Positions 1 through 15,426 of a stretch of 64,000 nucleotides of DNA are shown here, in pieces. The notes under the pieces are model-generated. The model was not told where the DNA came from, made no database searches, and worked only from the letters and a program-made list of their open reading frames with translations. Positions within the stretch are counted from its first letter, which is position 1; each line of letters opens with the position of its first letter. A program made the translations under genes and the position numbers. Origin of the DNA: Chlorokybus atmophyticus (Eukaryota > Plantae > Mesostigma and Chlorokybus algae); the NCBI GenBank assembly GCA_009103225.1, contig RHPI01001043.1:102056-166055 (forward strand), in the 5' to 3' direction.

Positions 1-3000
1 CTAGCACACAGCGACTCAGCCTCCGCAAAGGTAAGCACGCTCACACGCAACCATACAGGTTCCAGCTAGTTCCTGCTTTGTTAGTCGTCGATTGGGGTTA
101 ATTGCCCTATATATGGCAGGTGTTGCCAATTGTGGGCAAGAGTGAACCTGGACCAGATCAGCAGAGGCTGGCTGCGAGCGTTGATGAGGCGCAGGCGAGT
201 AACGATCCGGGGTTCGTTACTGCTCGGGACCTATCAGTTGCGGCTCCAGAAGCCTCGGGCGCCGTGCTCAGCGCAGAAGACAGTAAGTGGCCTGTATCTG
301 CATGCTTGCGGGGGGGAGGGGGNNNNNNNNNNNNNNNNNNNNNNNNNNNNNNNNNNNNNNNNNNNNNNNNNNNNNNNNNNNNNNNNNNNNNNNNNNNNNN
401 NNNNNNNNNNNNNNNGCTGACCAATTGCTGGCAAGTTGACTGCTTACAAGTTGTTCACTGCTTGAGCGGTTAGTAGCGCTCATTGTTGCATGAACACGTT
501 TTTCTCTGCCTGCATACATATCTTTCTGGTTTGCACGCCGCTTCATTGTAGTGTGCAGTACCTTAGTACTACTTATGTTAATTGCTTGTATGTACATGTC
601 TATCTGTTGCAAGTGGGTTATCACTCGAATTGGAAAAAGGAGCAGTATATGTCTATGTCGTTGACTGTGGCCCAAAATGTGCTTGCCTTACTGCTTGTTC
701 TTACAACAGTCGAGCTATGTAAACATTTATGCGAATGTGTGTTAATCAGATGCTCTCATTTCAAGACGTTTGCACTCACGCTGGTGTGTCTGCAGGTTTT
801 GACAGCAGCACCTATCATGACGCCGAGGCCTCGTTCACATCAGGAACAGCAGACACAGCAGGCAGCACTAGCATGAACAACACTGACGATTCACACTCGC
901 ATTCCCGTGGCCCGGGCGGGTTTCTCCGCTCTCTGAGGCAATTATCATTTGATGCGAGAGAACGTGAGCAGTATAAAGTGGACCCGGGCGGCAGTTTGGA
1001 CCGGGAGAGGAGGCACACTGTGACTGGGGACCATAATGTCCAACCTCATGTGGCGGGCTCAGATGATGGCGCGCATGGTGACAGATCGCATGCGAGCTTC
1101 CGGGATTGGCTGAAAGTGAGCTTGTGTGGCATGCATTGTCTGTTGGTGCTCTGTTAGATGTGTGCATGTTCATGCTTTCCAGCATTGTTGCACTCAATAG
1201 GCATCTACACCATTGACTCCATGCATTGGCACACGTATCAAAGCCAATATTCGCATGCATGCATTTGGGTGACACCAGTTGTGTTGGCCAGCATGTTGGC
1301 CAGCATCGCCGGATTCAGCAGGCATACAAGCGATAAATAATGACAAATGTGCGCATGCTGTTGTGCGATGGCACTGCGAACAGTAATATTGGAAGCGCAC
1401 TTCTGTAATAACCAGTGTCATGCATAACACTGTACGTACAGGTGCAGTCGTTGCTGGTTGTGTTTGATATGGATCTTCTTGCGTGCAATCCTGTCAAGAA
1501 GATAGCTGTGCATACGTATCCTGGTATATGCAATACTGTAGTAGCGGGTTTGGATCTGGAGGCTAGACTCAAAGCTTGTGCACAACATGCATATACAATT
1601 TGCACACATGACTGTATGCCAAGGGCTTGTATGTTTGTGTATTGATATACTCTCAAGTAATGTATCTTCCTTCTTCCTGCACAAACGCACACAACTGTGC
1701 ACATTGTTATCTTTTCTGATATGCAATCTCATGACGCTGATGGCACTGCTTGCAGGCCATCTCCCTTCCCAAGTCCAAACGCCAACTGCAAACTATACAC
1801 TCCGAGCAGCCAGGTAGCCACTTACTGCATGCACGCAAGTGACAACTTGCATTGCCATTTGCTGCTAAAAGTGTGTGTTGCAGCACATGCATACAACATC
1901 AATACTTGACTGATTTCGTGATGATGATGATTATGATTTGGTGCAGTGCTGCCGCTGCGATTGGTGCCCGGAAGCACGCTCGCTGGTGCGAGTATTACCG
2001 GCCATGCGGTTGAGGTAACAGAGCCGTTCGATGTCCGAGGACCCAAGTACTTCAAGTAAGTGTTGTTCAACAACAATCCATACAGGCTCCTCGCCATGTA
2101 GAGTCTGTCAATGCGTATAAATTCGTGTTGTCAGCATGCATTCTCCTCCGTTATTAAATAGTTAATGTACTTTTGCACATCAATTGCTGCTGACCGCAGA
2201 CCTTCGTTTTGCCTAACTGTTACTTTTTTCTTGGACTGTGCTTGTGATTGAACCTTTTTGGTTCAGGGACAAGAAGAAGCAGCCCTCAGAACAGCCAGTC
2301 TATCAATTGCTAGCCGCAGGTACTGTTAGCCTCTCAGCTTCTGATCCAGTCTGATCCAGTGTTTGGTCCAACACATGCTTCTTAACATTTGGCGGCATTA
2401 CAGACGCACTGAAAAGCCCCAGCAAACTGTACCACATTACTCAGCATTTTGAGCTCGCACAACCGAGCCCGATGGTCGCCCGCAACCCAGCCGGCCTGCC
2501 GCCTTACTTGGTGGTGAATGTCCAGCTGCCGGACTACAGCCCGCCGTTGTGGGCGGGCGAAGATGCGGATGGCCCGAGCATTCAGCTGGTGTTCTTCTTC
2601 GCTTTGCGGGCAGAGTTTGTCGCGAAGCCCACCGATGCCACTCTCAAACTGCTGCAGGTAAGTTGTGTCTGATCTCGTCACAATGATTACAATTGCAGTG
2701 ATGCAATGACCACACCTGTGTTATTTTACAGCGGTTTGTGCAAGATCATCAGGAGCCTCATACCCGCGGTTTGTTTGGAGGAGGAGTGGACAAGTTCAGG
2801 GAGAGGCTAAAGCTTTTAGCGCGCATTGCCAACCCTCCTGAGGTGTGTGCAGTCTTTGTCTGGAGTGTTGTGCTTTACTTGTTGTCGGCTGTCGTCCATG
2901 TGAAGATCACCAGTACTCTAAGCAGTGGCCAGCGTGCTGCTCATACAGCATTGTCGTTAGTAGTGGCACAGAGGCTGTCATTGATGTGTGACTGATGTGT

Positions 3001-3699
3001 GCTTGCCAGGTGGAGATGAGTGCTGCTGAGCGCAAATTGGTCACATCCTACAACGGAAAGCCCGTGCTGACGAGGCCACAGCACACCTTTCATCAGGTGC
3101 GACGTTGTGTCCCACTGGTCAAGTAGGCAAGCTTTATGTTGTGTCCCATCGTCCAGCATAAGTATTCATTGTATTCATTGCGTGCGATGATCCATACGTC
3201 AAGTCTAGCATGGCATTAATGCCTAAAAAGTAATTGGTGAAACCTTCCATTGCAGAAATAAGGCTGGATGTGCATATGGTTGAAATGGACATGGTGACGT
3301 TCTCGTACTGCCAGCTGTTTATGCATGCCAAGGTTATTGATGTTACATGGTGGTTGCTGCAGGGTGACACCTACCTGGAAGTTGATCTGGACGTGCACAG
3401 ATTTAACTATCTTGCACGTAGAGGTCTGGAGACTTTCAAAACACGTTTTGAGCAAATGGTGCTGGACATCGGCTTTGTACTGCAGGTTGGTATGGAACAT
3501 TCTTGTATGCGCCCGTCAAAATCTATTACAGTGCACAGTTGTGATACCATGTTACCAAACACGCCTTGTGGTGCAGGGCAACGCGCATGATGAGCTTCCC
3601 GAACAGCTGCTCGCGTGTGTACGGCTCAGCAAGTTGGGGCATGGCCAGGTTCGCTCACTCGAGGACGTGCTGCATGCATCCCACCACGCTGCTGAATAG
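1..3699 (+). CDS. EDR2 C-terminal (DUF1336) domain protein, multi-exon, 5' end outside the window
   Basis: Spliced exons give [11 protein letters not shown](K)[17 protein letters not shown]...YLVVNVQLP...SIQLVFFF...RERLKL...[12 protein letters not shown]...[19 protein letters not shown]...[26 protein letters not shown], the typical DUF1336 motif series. GT-AG borders; stop TAG at 3697-3699. Confidence 0.85.
323..415. other. Assembly gap (N run) preceded by poly-G
   Basis: N run seen directly. Confidence 0.99.
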
Positions 3700-4457
3700 G
3701 TGAATCTAACGTGACTCCTTCACTGATGGCTGCAGCATGGCATGCTTATTGTTCCAACAGCAGTAGATATATTGCTTTTGCACTTTGATTCAGTGAGTAA
3801 GGTTGGTAAGCTGTCCTGCGTTTTGTGTATACAATCATGACGACAACAGTGTGTTGGTGCGCAATACCTAACCGTTGGACAAGGCAGTCCTGAAAAGTTT
3901 GTGTCACACCTGCGGCATGAGATGTGCAATGGGCCACATCCCATGGTACATCATCGTGTACACGTCCTAGCCTTCTGTTGGTGCTGAGCTGGAGGATTGC
4001 CTGAGGGAAAACTTTTAGTCTTCACCTTTCCACACCACAGAACTGGATGGGAATTGATTGCATCACATGTTAGGTGGGTACAGCAAGAGTTGTTCTGGTC
4101 ACAATGTCCGTGACTTCCTTGTAAAGTGTTGACCGCAGAGTATATACACTGCTTATGTTTTTATTTGGTCCAGTATCCGCGACATTCTGCACACAAAACT
4201 GCTTGCCATGTCACGACCTGCCTGCATGCAACATCTTGATGGCACAATGAGGGCTTTTTGACAGAGGTGACTACGATATTCGCACTGCTGCTCATGTAAC
4301 CAAAACGTGCCAGCTGGAGCTCTCTGGGAATGGTTTTCCACTGTAGGCGACGTGGCTTGCAACTGGCAACAGCAACTGACCCTGTGATATGCACCTCCAG
4401 CACACGCAGCAGGAACTGCATACACGCGGCGACAACGTACATGCTCCACGGTGACGC

Positions 4458-7210
4458 TTATGGATGGTCATCATAGCCTGAGACCTGCAAGAAGGCCGCA
4501 CAGCCCAATGTTGTGTTCAAGCCAATGACCTTTGTAGCACGCAGAGTGCTTGTCACTGTGTTGCTGATGAATGGCTGTGTGGTTTGGGGAGGAACGGGCA
4601 AAAGTGAGCTGGTTTTACACCATGCGGGCACGTTAGGACCACAAGTGTGCACACCTGCCAACAGGCAGCTACAAAACAGCGGGTTACCTGCAATGCATTC
4701 GTTGACTAGCGCCCGCCTTGGCTACACAGTTGTTGTAGCTTGTGTGGTGTTTACTGCAATCAAGAAGAGAAGGAGCAGTGAGTCGTGCTATGCTATAAAC
4801 TAAAGTTTGCAGGTACACACTTGTGACACTGCATGTTCACGCAGATTGGCATGTGAGAGTTCCCCTTTGCATCTTTTGTACACACTGTGAAGGTGTACAA
4901 AAGTGGGTGTGTTTGAGCAAACACAGGCACTGAGGCAATGACAGTACCTGGTTGCTGTGCTGCAGGTGCTCCGGGTGTAATAGGTGTCACCTGGGATTTA
5001 TCGTCAAGTTGCTGAAGGCCTCGATTTCTCAATAGAAGACGCTTTCCCAGATTATCAAGCATCGGGTTGAAGACAAGACGCGTCTCCACCTCTTTGCTTA
5101 CAAAGAACATAAAGAAGATGATGCCGACAAAGCTCCACGCGCCACCCTGACCGAAGATGACACAACTGATAAGTTCACCACACACGTTGTATCGAGACAA
5201 CACGCTGTGGTCAGCGGATGTAGCTCAACGCACCACGTTGCCAATGATGCCAAAAAGGGGTGCATTGTCGTCTATGTGGAGCGTTCCTTCTGGAGACGCG
5301 TAAAGCCACATGACGAGCGCTTGATTGAAACTCGCTGGAGGTAGGTACGCTCCGGACCTTTGCGTGCCATTATATTGCATCTCGGAGGATGAAATGCTTT
5401 GCACGGAATACAGATTCAACTGAACAGAACAAGAGGAAGATGAGTACGCTCGTCACCATCAGTAACAACACCTTACAACAGCTTGTAACAACCACAAACA
5501 AGAGCGCACCGGCTCTCCCAAACTGATGGCGCCATCCAAGCGTCTCCTCGCAGTTTTTGCAACTGTCACCCTATTGACCTTCCTAACCGGCAGATATGCC
5601 GAGCCTTGTACATCCGTCTGGATGTCATAAAACCACCGATCGCTGCCAACAAACAGGTGTACAACCAAGGATATGAGACATGCTCATGTGTCAGAGATAT
5701 GTCACACAATGTACGTACTCGCGCCTTGATGCTGTCTCAGGCAGGTTTGGGGGCGTGTCTGCAAATGCAACTAACAGATCGGCACCCATGACATCCACAA
5801 AGGTCCCGTTAAACCAGAGGTGGAAGCCGAAGCCTGTTTGGGGATCCATCGGTGGCGTGCTAATGAAGTCATAGATTATGCACCAGTCATCTGGTGCAGA
5901 AGTGGAGTTGCGATAGAAGAATGTGAAGGATAGTTCAGTGGTGGTTTGGATTGTATGATTGGTGAATGCGAGCCCATTCCCAGCCTGACTGCTTGTTACA
6001 TACGAGCATCGTTGCTGCACACGGAGTTTTACAAAAAAATCTGAGAACAGCGTTCACTGGCAATGAAGGCTGACGGGGTCACTCCATGCATGACAGCAAC
6101 CAGCTTATGCACTGTTGAAGCGCGTGTGTGTGCGTGTGTGCTTGCGTGTGCGTGTGTGTGCTGCTACACATCTGTGCACGTCTGTCCGTCTGTGCATGTA
6201 CATACTGACACACACGCACGCATGCATGTCACTATACACGCACCCATGCATGCTCATCCACCTGTTCGCGCGTGCCTTGTGTGAGCCTCACAATGAAGTA
6301 ACAAGTATGCACATACAGTGAATGAGTGAGGTTTGGCTGACCTGCACAAGATTGGCTTCTGGTTTGAAGGGAGGTCCAGGGTACATGCTGGCGGGCTCAC
6401 ACGCGCCTTTGTCAAGTCCGGGTTGTGTAGCCGTTCTTGGGAAGAACCGCGGAAAGATGGTACTGGTGTCCACAGCAATCTGTGCACGAGCATGGTTGAT
6501 ATGTGTCCAATATCTCCTGCTTGCAATGACCATTAAGACCCAACATGCTTGCCTTTCCGTATGAGCACAGCAGAACGCTAGGCAGGGTAATCGCCTCCTC
6601 CCTTGGGATGTTAAATGTAATGGTCACGGAGGGGTCCTTGTAATCACTAATCAACTGCAAGAGCACTACTGTTATTGTGTGCTCTTATAGTGCGCAGCAG
6701 GTAAGCAACACTGAACTGCAGACTTCATGTAGCGCAACCATCGTTAAGCATGGCACTGTGTCATGTAAGCTCAACATGCTTTACAGTGAGCTGCAGTTTG
6801 TTGAACATAAGGGCTCCTTACCTGAACAACAAGGTAAGCGCAGTAGGCTACGAAGGCGACGAGCAGTAGGCCGTATATGAACCAGGCGCGCTTGCGGTGA
6901 TGCTCCTCCACCTCCACCACGTTGATGCCGCCGATAGAGCTCACTGCCGCAAGCGCTTTGGGCAACTGAACAGAGAGCAGATCACACAACAGAATACTTG
7001 TCGACTGAGCGCAACACACCATCCCAGCTCTACACAATAGTGCACAACAACACAGCAACTGCAGTATGGCAGAGCCAAAGCAAATCAGATCTTCTTCTGT
7101 TATGCTCGTGCTGTAAAGCATGCACTGCGTGCCAGGTCAGACACGGGCTTGCTAACAAACCATGTCCTCAGTATATGACAGCAGATCAAGCTCACCTTCT
7201 TCGTTGCCAT
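4458..7210 (-). CDS. Two-transmembrane protein with DEG/ENaC (ASIC/ASC)-like sequence signatures, about 9 exons
   Basis: ATG at 7210. Joined exons: MATKK|LPKALAAVSSIGGINVVEVEEHHRKRAWFIYGLLLVAFVAYCAYLVVQ|LISDYKDPSVTITFNIPREEAITLPSVLLCSYGK|...|...HIDDNAPLFGIIGNV|GGAWSFVGIIFFMFFVSKE...|VSGYDDHP*. TM1 and TM2 flank a large loop. The gene model is well supported; the family call is an inference. Confidence 0.65.
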
Positions 7211-7718
7211 TGCGCCTCAACTCCCTAAAGGCGGATCTGGGTCCCGGCCCACCTCCAGATCGATTGCAAACTGAGCACCTTCCTGACACCTTTCTGTCCT
7301 GCTTGTGCTTAGCTGACCTGCCCTCAGCAGCAATGCCGTCTCACACCACCACTTCAGAAGACAGCTTCAGCTACAGCAACAAGTAAAACAAGCTCGAACA
7401 GATCGACAAGCTTGCACCCTAACCACCTGGCCGCCGCCACCGTCGCTGACAAGCAGTGCTTGTCACATTGTGTTTTTGTCGCTAGGCCTAGGCCTGCATA
7501 TAACACGCGGCTGCGCACAGCAGCACTGTGACTGCTCGTGAGGCTGGTCTAGACTGCCGTGCCACTGCAGTGCCACACTAGCAGCGTTACAACGGATATC
7601 ATCAAGAGCGTTTTGGGCACTGGGCTTCCTGCTTCCATTGGTCCAGATGGTCCGGTTATTGGCATATATGACAGTCTTTATCAGGTAAACTTCTGCTCAG
7701 AGTGCGATCGTGGCAGTC

Positions 7719-10527
<2,809 letters not shown>

Positions 10528-12779
10528 TTGTGGTAGTGTGCAGGAGTGGTGTGGCAGTTTTGTTGCTGAACGGTAGTGTTGCTGTAAATAAATACCATTG
10601 CTTATTGCTTGCAATAATGATCGAGGGTAGTTGCTGGGTTGGGACTCTGCACCTTAGTCATGTGCGGAGTTGGTTTGGTCTGACACTATGCTACACTTAC
10701 CAGACAGGCATTACACATTTGTGGCGGCGGTTGTCGGTGGGTCATCATGCCATGTTGTCGTTATGTGATGGGGCCGTATTGAGTCAAAAATAAACCTCAA
10801 CAAAGTGAGACATAGCGGCAAAAATCTTCCATGTGCCCATGGTGTAAACGGGCCGTATACAAAAATTACGCAATACGTATGCATATGCACGACACATGCA
10901 ATGGACTCAGCATCATGTCCACATGCAGTCCACACCGTTCATATAGACCACCGGCCTACTGTCACTAGCTCACTTTACTACCTACTCTACCAACAATGTG
11001 TTGCGGATGCAAAGGATCACAACATGGTATACAGAAGATGCACGGAGGAACTCGCACATGCAGAACTGCGTGAACATGCAATGCCACAACCCCTCACCAA
11101 CTTGACCAGCGGGCTAAGCTTAAGGCATGCGCCTGCATGCCATCTCCAACTACCTACCACCCACCCATATCCCCTATCCATATCACTATTGCCCCCTCTC
11201 ATACATGCATGCATGCATGACAGTTGCAGTTAACTAGACTCTAAACAAGCGCTATACAGGGAAGGTGATTAATTACCAAGGTTGATGTGCCTAGTTCGTT
11301 GACAAATGATTGGGTTTATGGTAGATCCCACGATAGGCTCTTGAATTGAATATTGCAGTTGTGGTTGGTCCACAAGTGCTATAAATAAAACCATTGTGCA
11401 GCATGTTGTAGGCATAGTAGTTGAGATTGCCATAGCATGCAGAATGTGTATGCGAGCACACATGTCACTCCCGCACGCAGTCACCACTGAGCATACAAGC
11501 AACCCATGTACAAACACAACAATCCCCTTAAAGAGTGACTCGTAACCAACTCATTTCATCAACAAATCAAGCATTGTGCGCATCTTGCAACTTAAGAACG
11601 CCACAAAGCACATGTGTACGCACACAAGATGATGCGAGTATTAAGAGTGAGCACACGGCACTGCATAATTTGCCACGTACTCGTTGCCACTTGAACTCTT
11701 CCTTACCCTACCACACACAATATAGCTGCGGGATGAATCACTCTTGAACCTATGTGTTGTGCAGAGAAAGAGGATGAACGCAGCAGATCAACATGATGTT
11801 AAAAGTTGAAGTGCGCGCGGCAAGTGCTGATAACGTGAAAAAGCCATAGGTAGAGGAGTTGAGAGTTAAAGCACATGTTTCATGTTTACAAGTACTTGGC
11901 GTGCAAGCATTCTATTTTATGATCAAGCTCAAGGCTTTACCTCTTGTCTGCCACCGGCGGGCATACAAAACGTACAAAAAGAGTAGACTAGTTGTCTACT
12001 TTTTGTCATAAACACTTTATGCAATCAACCTCTCAATGATAGTGTTAACAACGTCATACACAAATTCAACACCTTATGCAAACCGTAACTTCATAACTCC
12101 GATAGCATAATAATCGTGCTTTTCAACATGCACAATGTGAGTGTAAGTAACGCATTACATTAAACTTGAATTTTGGCTCAAGAGTGTAAGTATCGCATTA
12201 CATATGTGTTTATGAATAAACCTTGCTCATTTTTAGCATACTTTGCCTGAATTGAAATTTTGCAACTATACTTGGCACATGCTAAGTATACCATTTATGC
12301 AGCATGCCACGCGTCAAGCTTCAGATGTACTAAGCAACCAGCAAGCACACTATTGCAATGCCATAGAATCTCTATAACGGGCACTGGTCAATGTACTGGT
12401 ATTGTTGCTTTGTTAAGGCCTCTCTTAAGCACGGGTGTTATGGAGATGTTTGCATTGCCTTAACTTATCAATTGCAGCGAGTGCGCTTTCATCGATCGTG
12501 TGTTTAAATCATTCATCGCACAATATCTTATAGCACATAATGTCAATGAGAGGATAAGAGCTGCTGAATAAATAGCCGGACAGAATAACAAAAAAGCGCT
12601 CTAGAAGGGCCGTTACAAACTTGATGAGTGGTATAATTCACTACTTCAATTACAAACCATTGTGTGCATGCATAATGTATAAGGCATAGAGCAAAAAAGT
12701 CAACTAGCCACAACAAGTAGCACCACAAGCAGCAAGCAGACTAGGCACACACGTCGCAAATTTTACACGGTGACTGACG

Positions 12780-14290
12780 AGAGACTGAGGGACTGTTGGA
12801 TGCCTGACCCTATCTGACCCTAACGGACCTAACGACTTGGGCCGCAGAGGGACTGAATAAATAAATGCCGGTGCGTATTGTGGACAATAAGTAATTGCCG
12901 ACCCCCGATCGTACAGTACAGTGGACTGTTGCCTACCAGTGATGACGTGACATCAACATATTTTGACGGCCGACCGCCGGTCATACTTCTTCCGTAACGG
13001 CGACCTACCTGTAATGGCAATTAAGTGTATATTCAGGCCCCTAATGGCGGCGGTCGATACCGGTGAGTTGGAGTTGACCCGCGGCCGGCCGTCGGCCGTA
13101 CATAAGCCGCGCCGGCGACTAACCTATATTGGCAAGCAAGTGACCATTCAATCTCAACCAAGTCTCCTAAGAGGGACGAACGATGGCGGCGAGTACCTGT
13201 TAGTCCGGTTAGTTATACTCGGCACACTTAATGGAACAATAGTACCATTGCGATGGTACAACAGTCCCATCAAAGTACCCTATACGGTACTCATCATTCA
13301 ATGGTGGAACGGTGCTGTCGTACCATTTTAATGGTACGACCGTACCATTGAACTTGAAGACGTTGAGCGTTTAAAACGCAGCAGCATTTCAAACGCTGAA
13401 CGGCTTCATTTACGAGGACAGTTGTGCGGCGGTGGCGGCGGCGACGGCGGTGGTGGCGTTGGCGGCGGCGGCGGCGGTTGGTGAGTTTGTGTATATGTGT
13501 GTACACCGAGTAGTTGAGTTGCATGTGCATGATGGCGTTATGTTAAGTGCAACAGCACAACCCGCCCTTCTTACAGGCCAGGTCAGGCCAGGCCAGGGTG
13601 CGGCGGTGGCGGCATGGTAGGTGAGTTTCTTTGTATGTGTGTGTATGATGCCGTTGTGTTGACGCCCTTCTTGCCGACCAGGCCAAGCGGAGGAGGAGCG
13701 GCGGCGCAGGCGCGGAGGAGTGGAGAGTGGAGGAGCGGCGGCTGAGTATAAGGGTAGAGTATATAGGGTAGTAGTAGTAGTAGCTCAATGTAGTAGTAGT
13801 AGTAGTAGCTCAATGTAGTTTACATTGTAGCGTAGTAACATGTTACAATGTTTATTATTATCGAGTTATATGTTTATTATTATTATATTATATTTTACAT
13901 TTGTGAATCAGTCAAGTTAAGACATTATATTATATAAATGTGACTCGCCGTCTCTCACAGTCGACGACAATCACATGCAGTACCTGCTCGTGACTGAATG
14001 GTACCGATAGGTATTGGGGACAGTGACGTCAGGTACCTTGAAGGTAACATAAGGTACCCCAAAGGTACCTGTTAGTTGGGTACCTTCGAGGTACAGTCGC
14101 CGGTACTTAATTGTTAGGTACCGGTTAGTTAGGTCAAGTCCCCTTTGCTTGACTGATGGGTATTCAACAGGTACCTGTTAGTCTAGGTTAGTCCCTTTAT
14201 CAAAACGGCCGCCGACTGATGGTGACGGCCGTTATACTCAGGTCTCTGTATCAACATTACAGGTGGACTGAGGTACGACAGTCAAATTGA
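12780..14290. repeat. Non-coding region dense in short palindromic motifs (GGTACC/GTAC, CGGCCG, GTACCTGTTAG), possible non-autonomous transposon
   Basis: GTACCTGTTAG occurs near 13192, 14065 and 14171. Many GGTACC sites at 14000-14175, GTACCATT/AATGGTAC clusters at 13230-13350, and (GTA)n repeats at 13770-13820. Composition differs from the TGCA-rich introns. Confidence 0.4.
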
Positions 14291-14353
14291 ATATCTTCAG
14301 GTGCACGGCCGTTGCCAATATCTCATCGGCCGGCAGGGGAAACAATTTGCGAC

Positions 14354-14630
14354 GAAGTGAGGACCCCAAAGTGAGGCAACCGCGTGTGCCTTACAAGCTT
14401 CCAGATCATTTATATGTTAATAAAGGCCACAAGCAGCTTCAACACATGCTAGATTTGCAACGTTTCGAGGAGGCCATCACTGATGTGGGCCACCGCGCTT
14501 TAGCTACAAGCTCTCATTTAACCTTATTTTAATCGCAACATAAAGAGGACCTTGTAGCGTTTTCTGAACACCTGTGTTAAAGGTGAAAAGATGCAATTAC
14601 ATGGTTGCCTCACTTTGGGGTCCGCACTTC
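14354..14630. mobile_element. 277-bp MITE-like unit bounded by 28-bp inverted repeats
   Basis: GAAGTGAGGACCCCAAAGTGAGGCAACC (14354-14381) is the reverse complement of GGTTGCCTCACTTTGGGGTCCGCACTTC (14603-14630) at 27/28 positions. No obvious TSD. Confidence 0.55.
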
Positions 14631-15042
14631 AAGTTGTACTCTTTGCCATATTCATTGCGATGAATAGAGAGTCCGCAAACCTTTTGAAGATAGCTTTCAA
14701 ATTTGATCGGCCTATTTACAAAGGAGCCCTTCTCCGCTGCACCGGAGTTCACCAAAGTGCTCCAATGAAATTGCATTGTCATGACATTGCTTGCGCACAG
14801 TGAACAGGCGATCGAGGGACTTTGCCGTCATGTAATTTTTCACTTTAGCTATAAAGAAAGGTAACAAAGCTGCTTCAACCACACAGCTTTATCAACTACT
14901 AATGTAAAGATAGTGTTTTCAACAGCGGTGAACCTCTTGTTAATATGCTCCAATAAACCATGATGCTTTCTAACTGTCGTCATCTTTTGTGCCGTTGTCT
15001 TTGCCTTGCTGTGCCTTTTCCAATGGCACAGCAAGGTACAAG

Positions 15043-15355
15043 CACGGGACGAGTTCTGTGGAACACCGCCATCAGTGGTTTCCACGCGAGGCTCTTAGTA
15101 AAGTGTCAGCATGAGGCAAAGGAATTGCTAAAGCTGCGACCTGCGCGCCCTGGTTTATAGCTCTTTTCCTCCACTGTCACATCGGCGCCCTCAACCACCA
15201 AGCACGAGACGAGCTCTGTGGAACACCGCCGGTGCTTTCTGTGCATGTCTCCTATTGTGTTAGCGTGAGGCAGATCAATTGCTGAAGCTGCGACCTGCGC
15301 GCCCTGTCTTATTGCTCTTCTCCCCTGCTGAAACATTGGAGCCTTCAATCACGAG
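15043..15355. repeat. Diverged tandem duplication of an approximately 160-bp unit
   Basis: Both units contain GACGAG(T/C)TCTGTGGAACACCGCC and AATTGCT(A/G)AAGCTGCGACCTGCGCGCCCTG. Confidence 0.8.
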
Positions 15356-15399
15356 GCTATGGCAGCAAAAGTCGCTGCCATAGGGGGAGTCACAAGTAT

Positions 15400-15426
15400 C
15401 ATATATATATATATATATATATATAT
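15400..15426. repeat. (AT)n microsatellite
   Basis: Seen directly. Confidence 0.95.

Noticed and set aside
1158-1900. Numerous 60-130 aa Cys/His/Met-rich ORFs here and throughout the ORF track
   Set aside because: They are translations of TGCA/CATG/(CA)n-rich introns or antisense frames, with no coherent motifs or codon bias.
13200-14200. CRISPR-like array
   Set aside because: Eukaryotic context; the repeats are short, irregular and lack constant-length spacers.
14849-15085. Short minus ORF with CHWKRH/HHGLLEH as a zinc finger or transposase remnant
   Set aside because: Spacing does not fit BED or C2H2 and there is no catalytic motif nearby.
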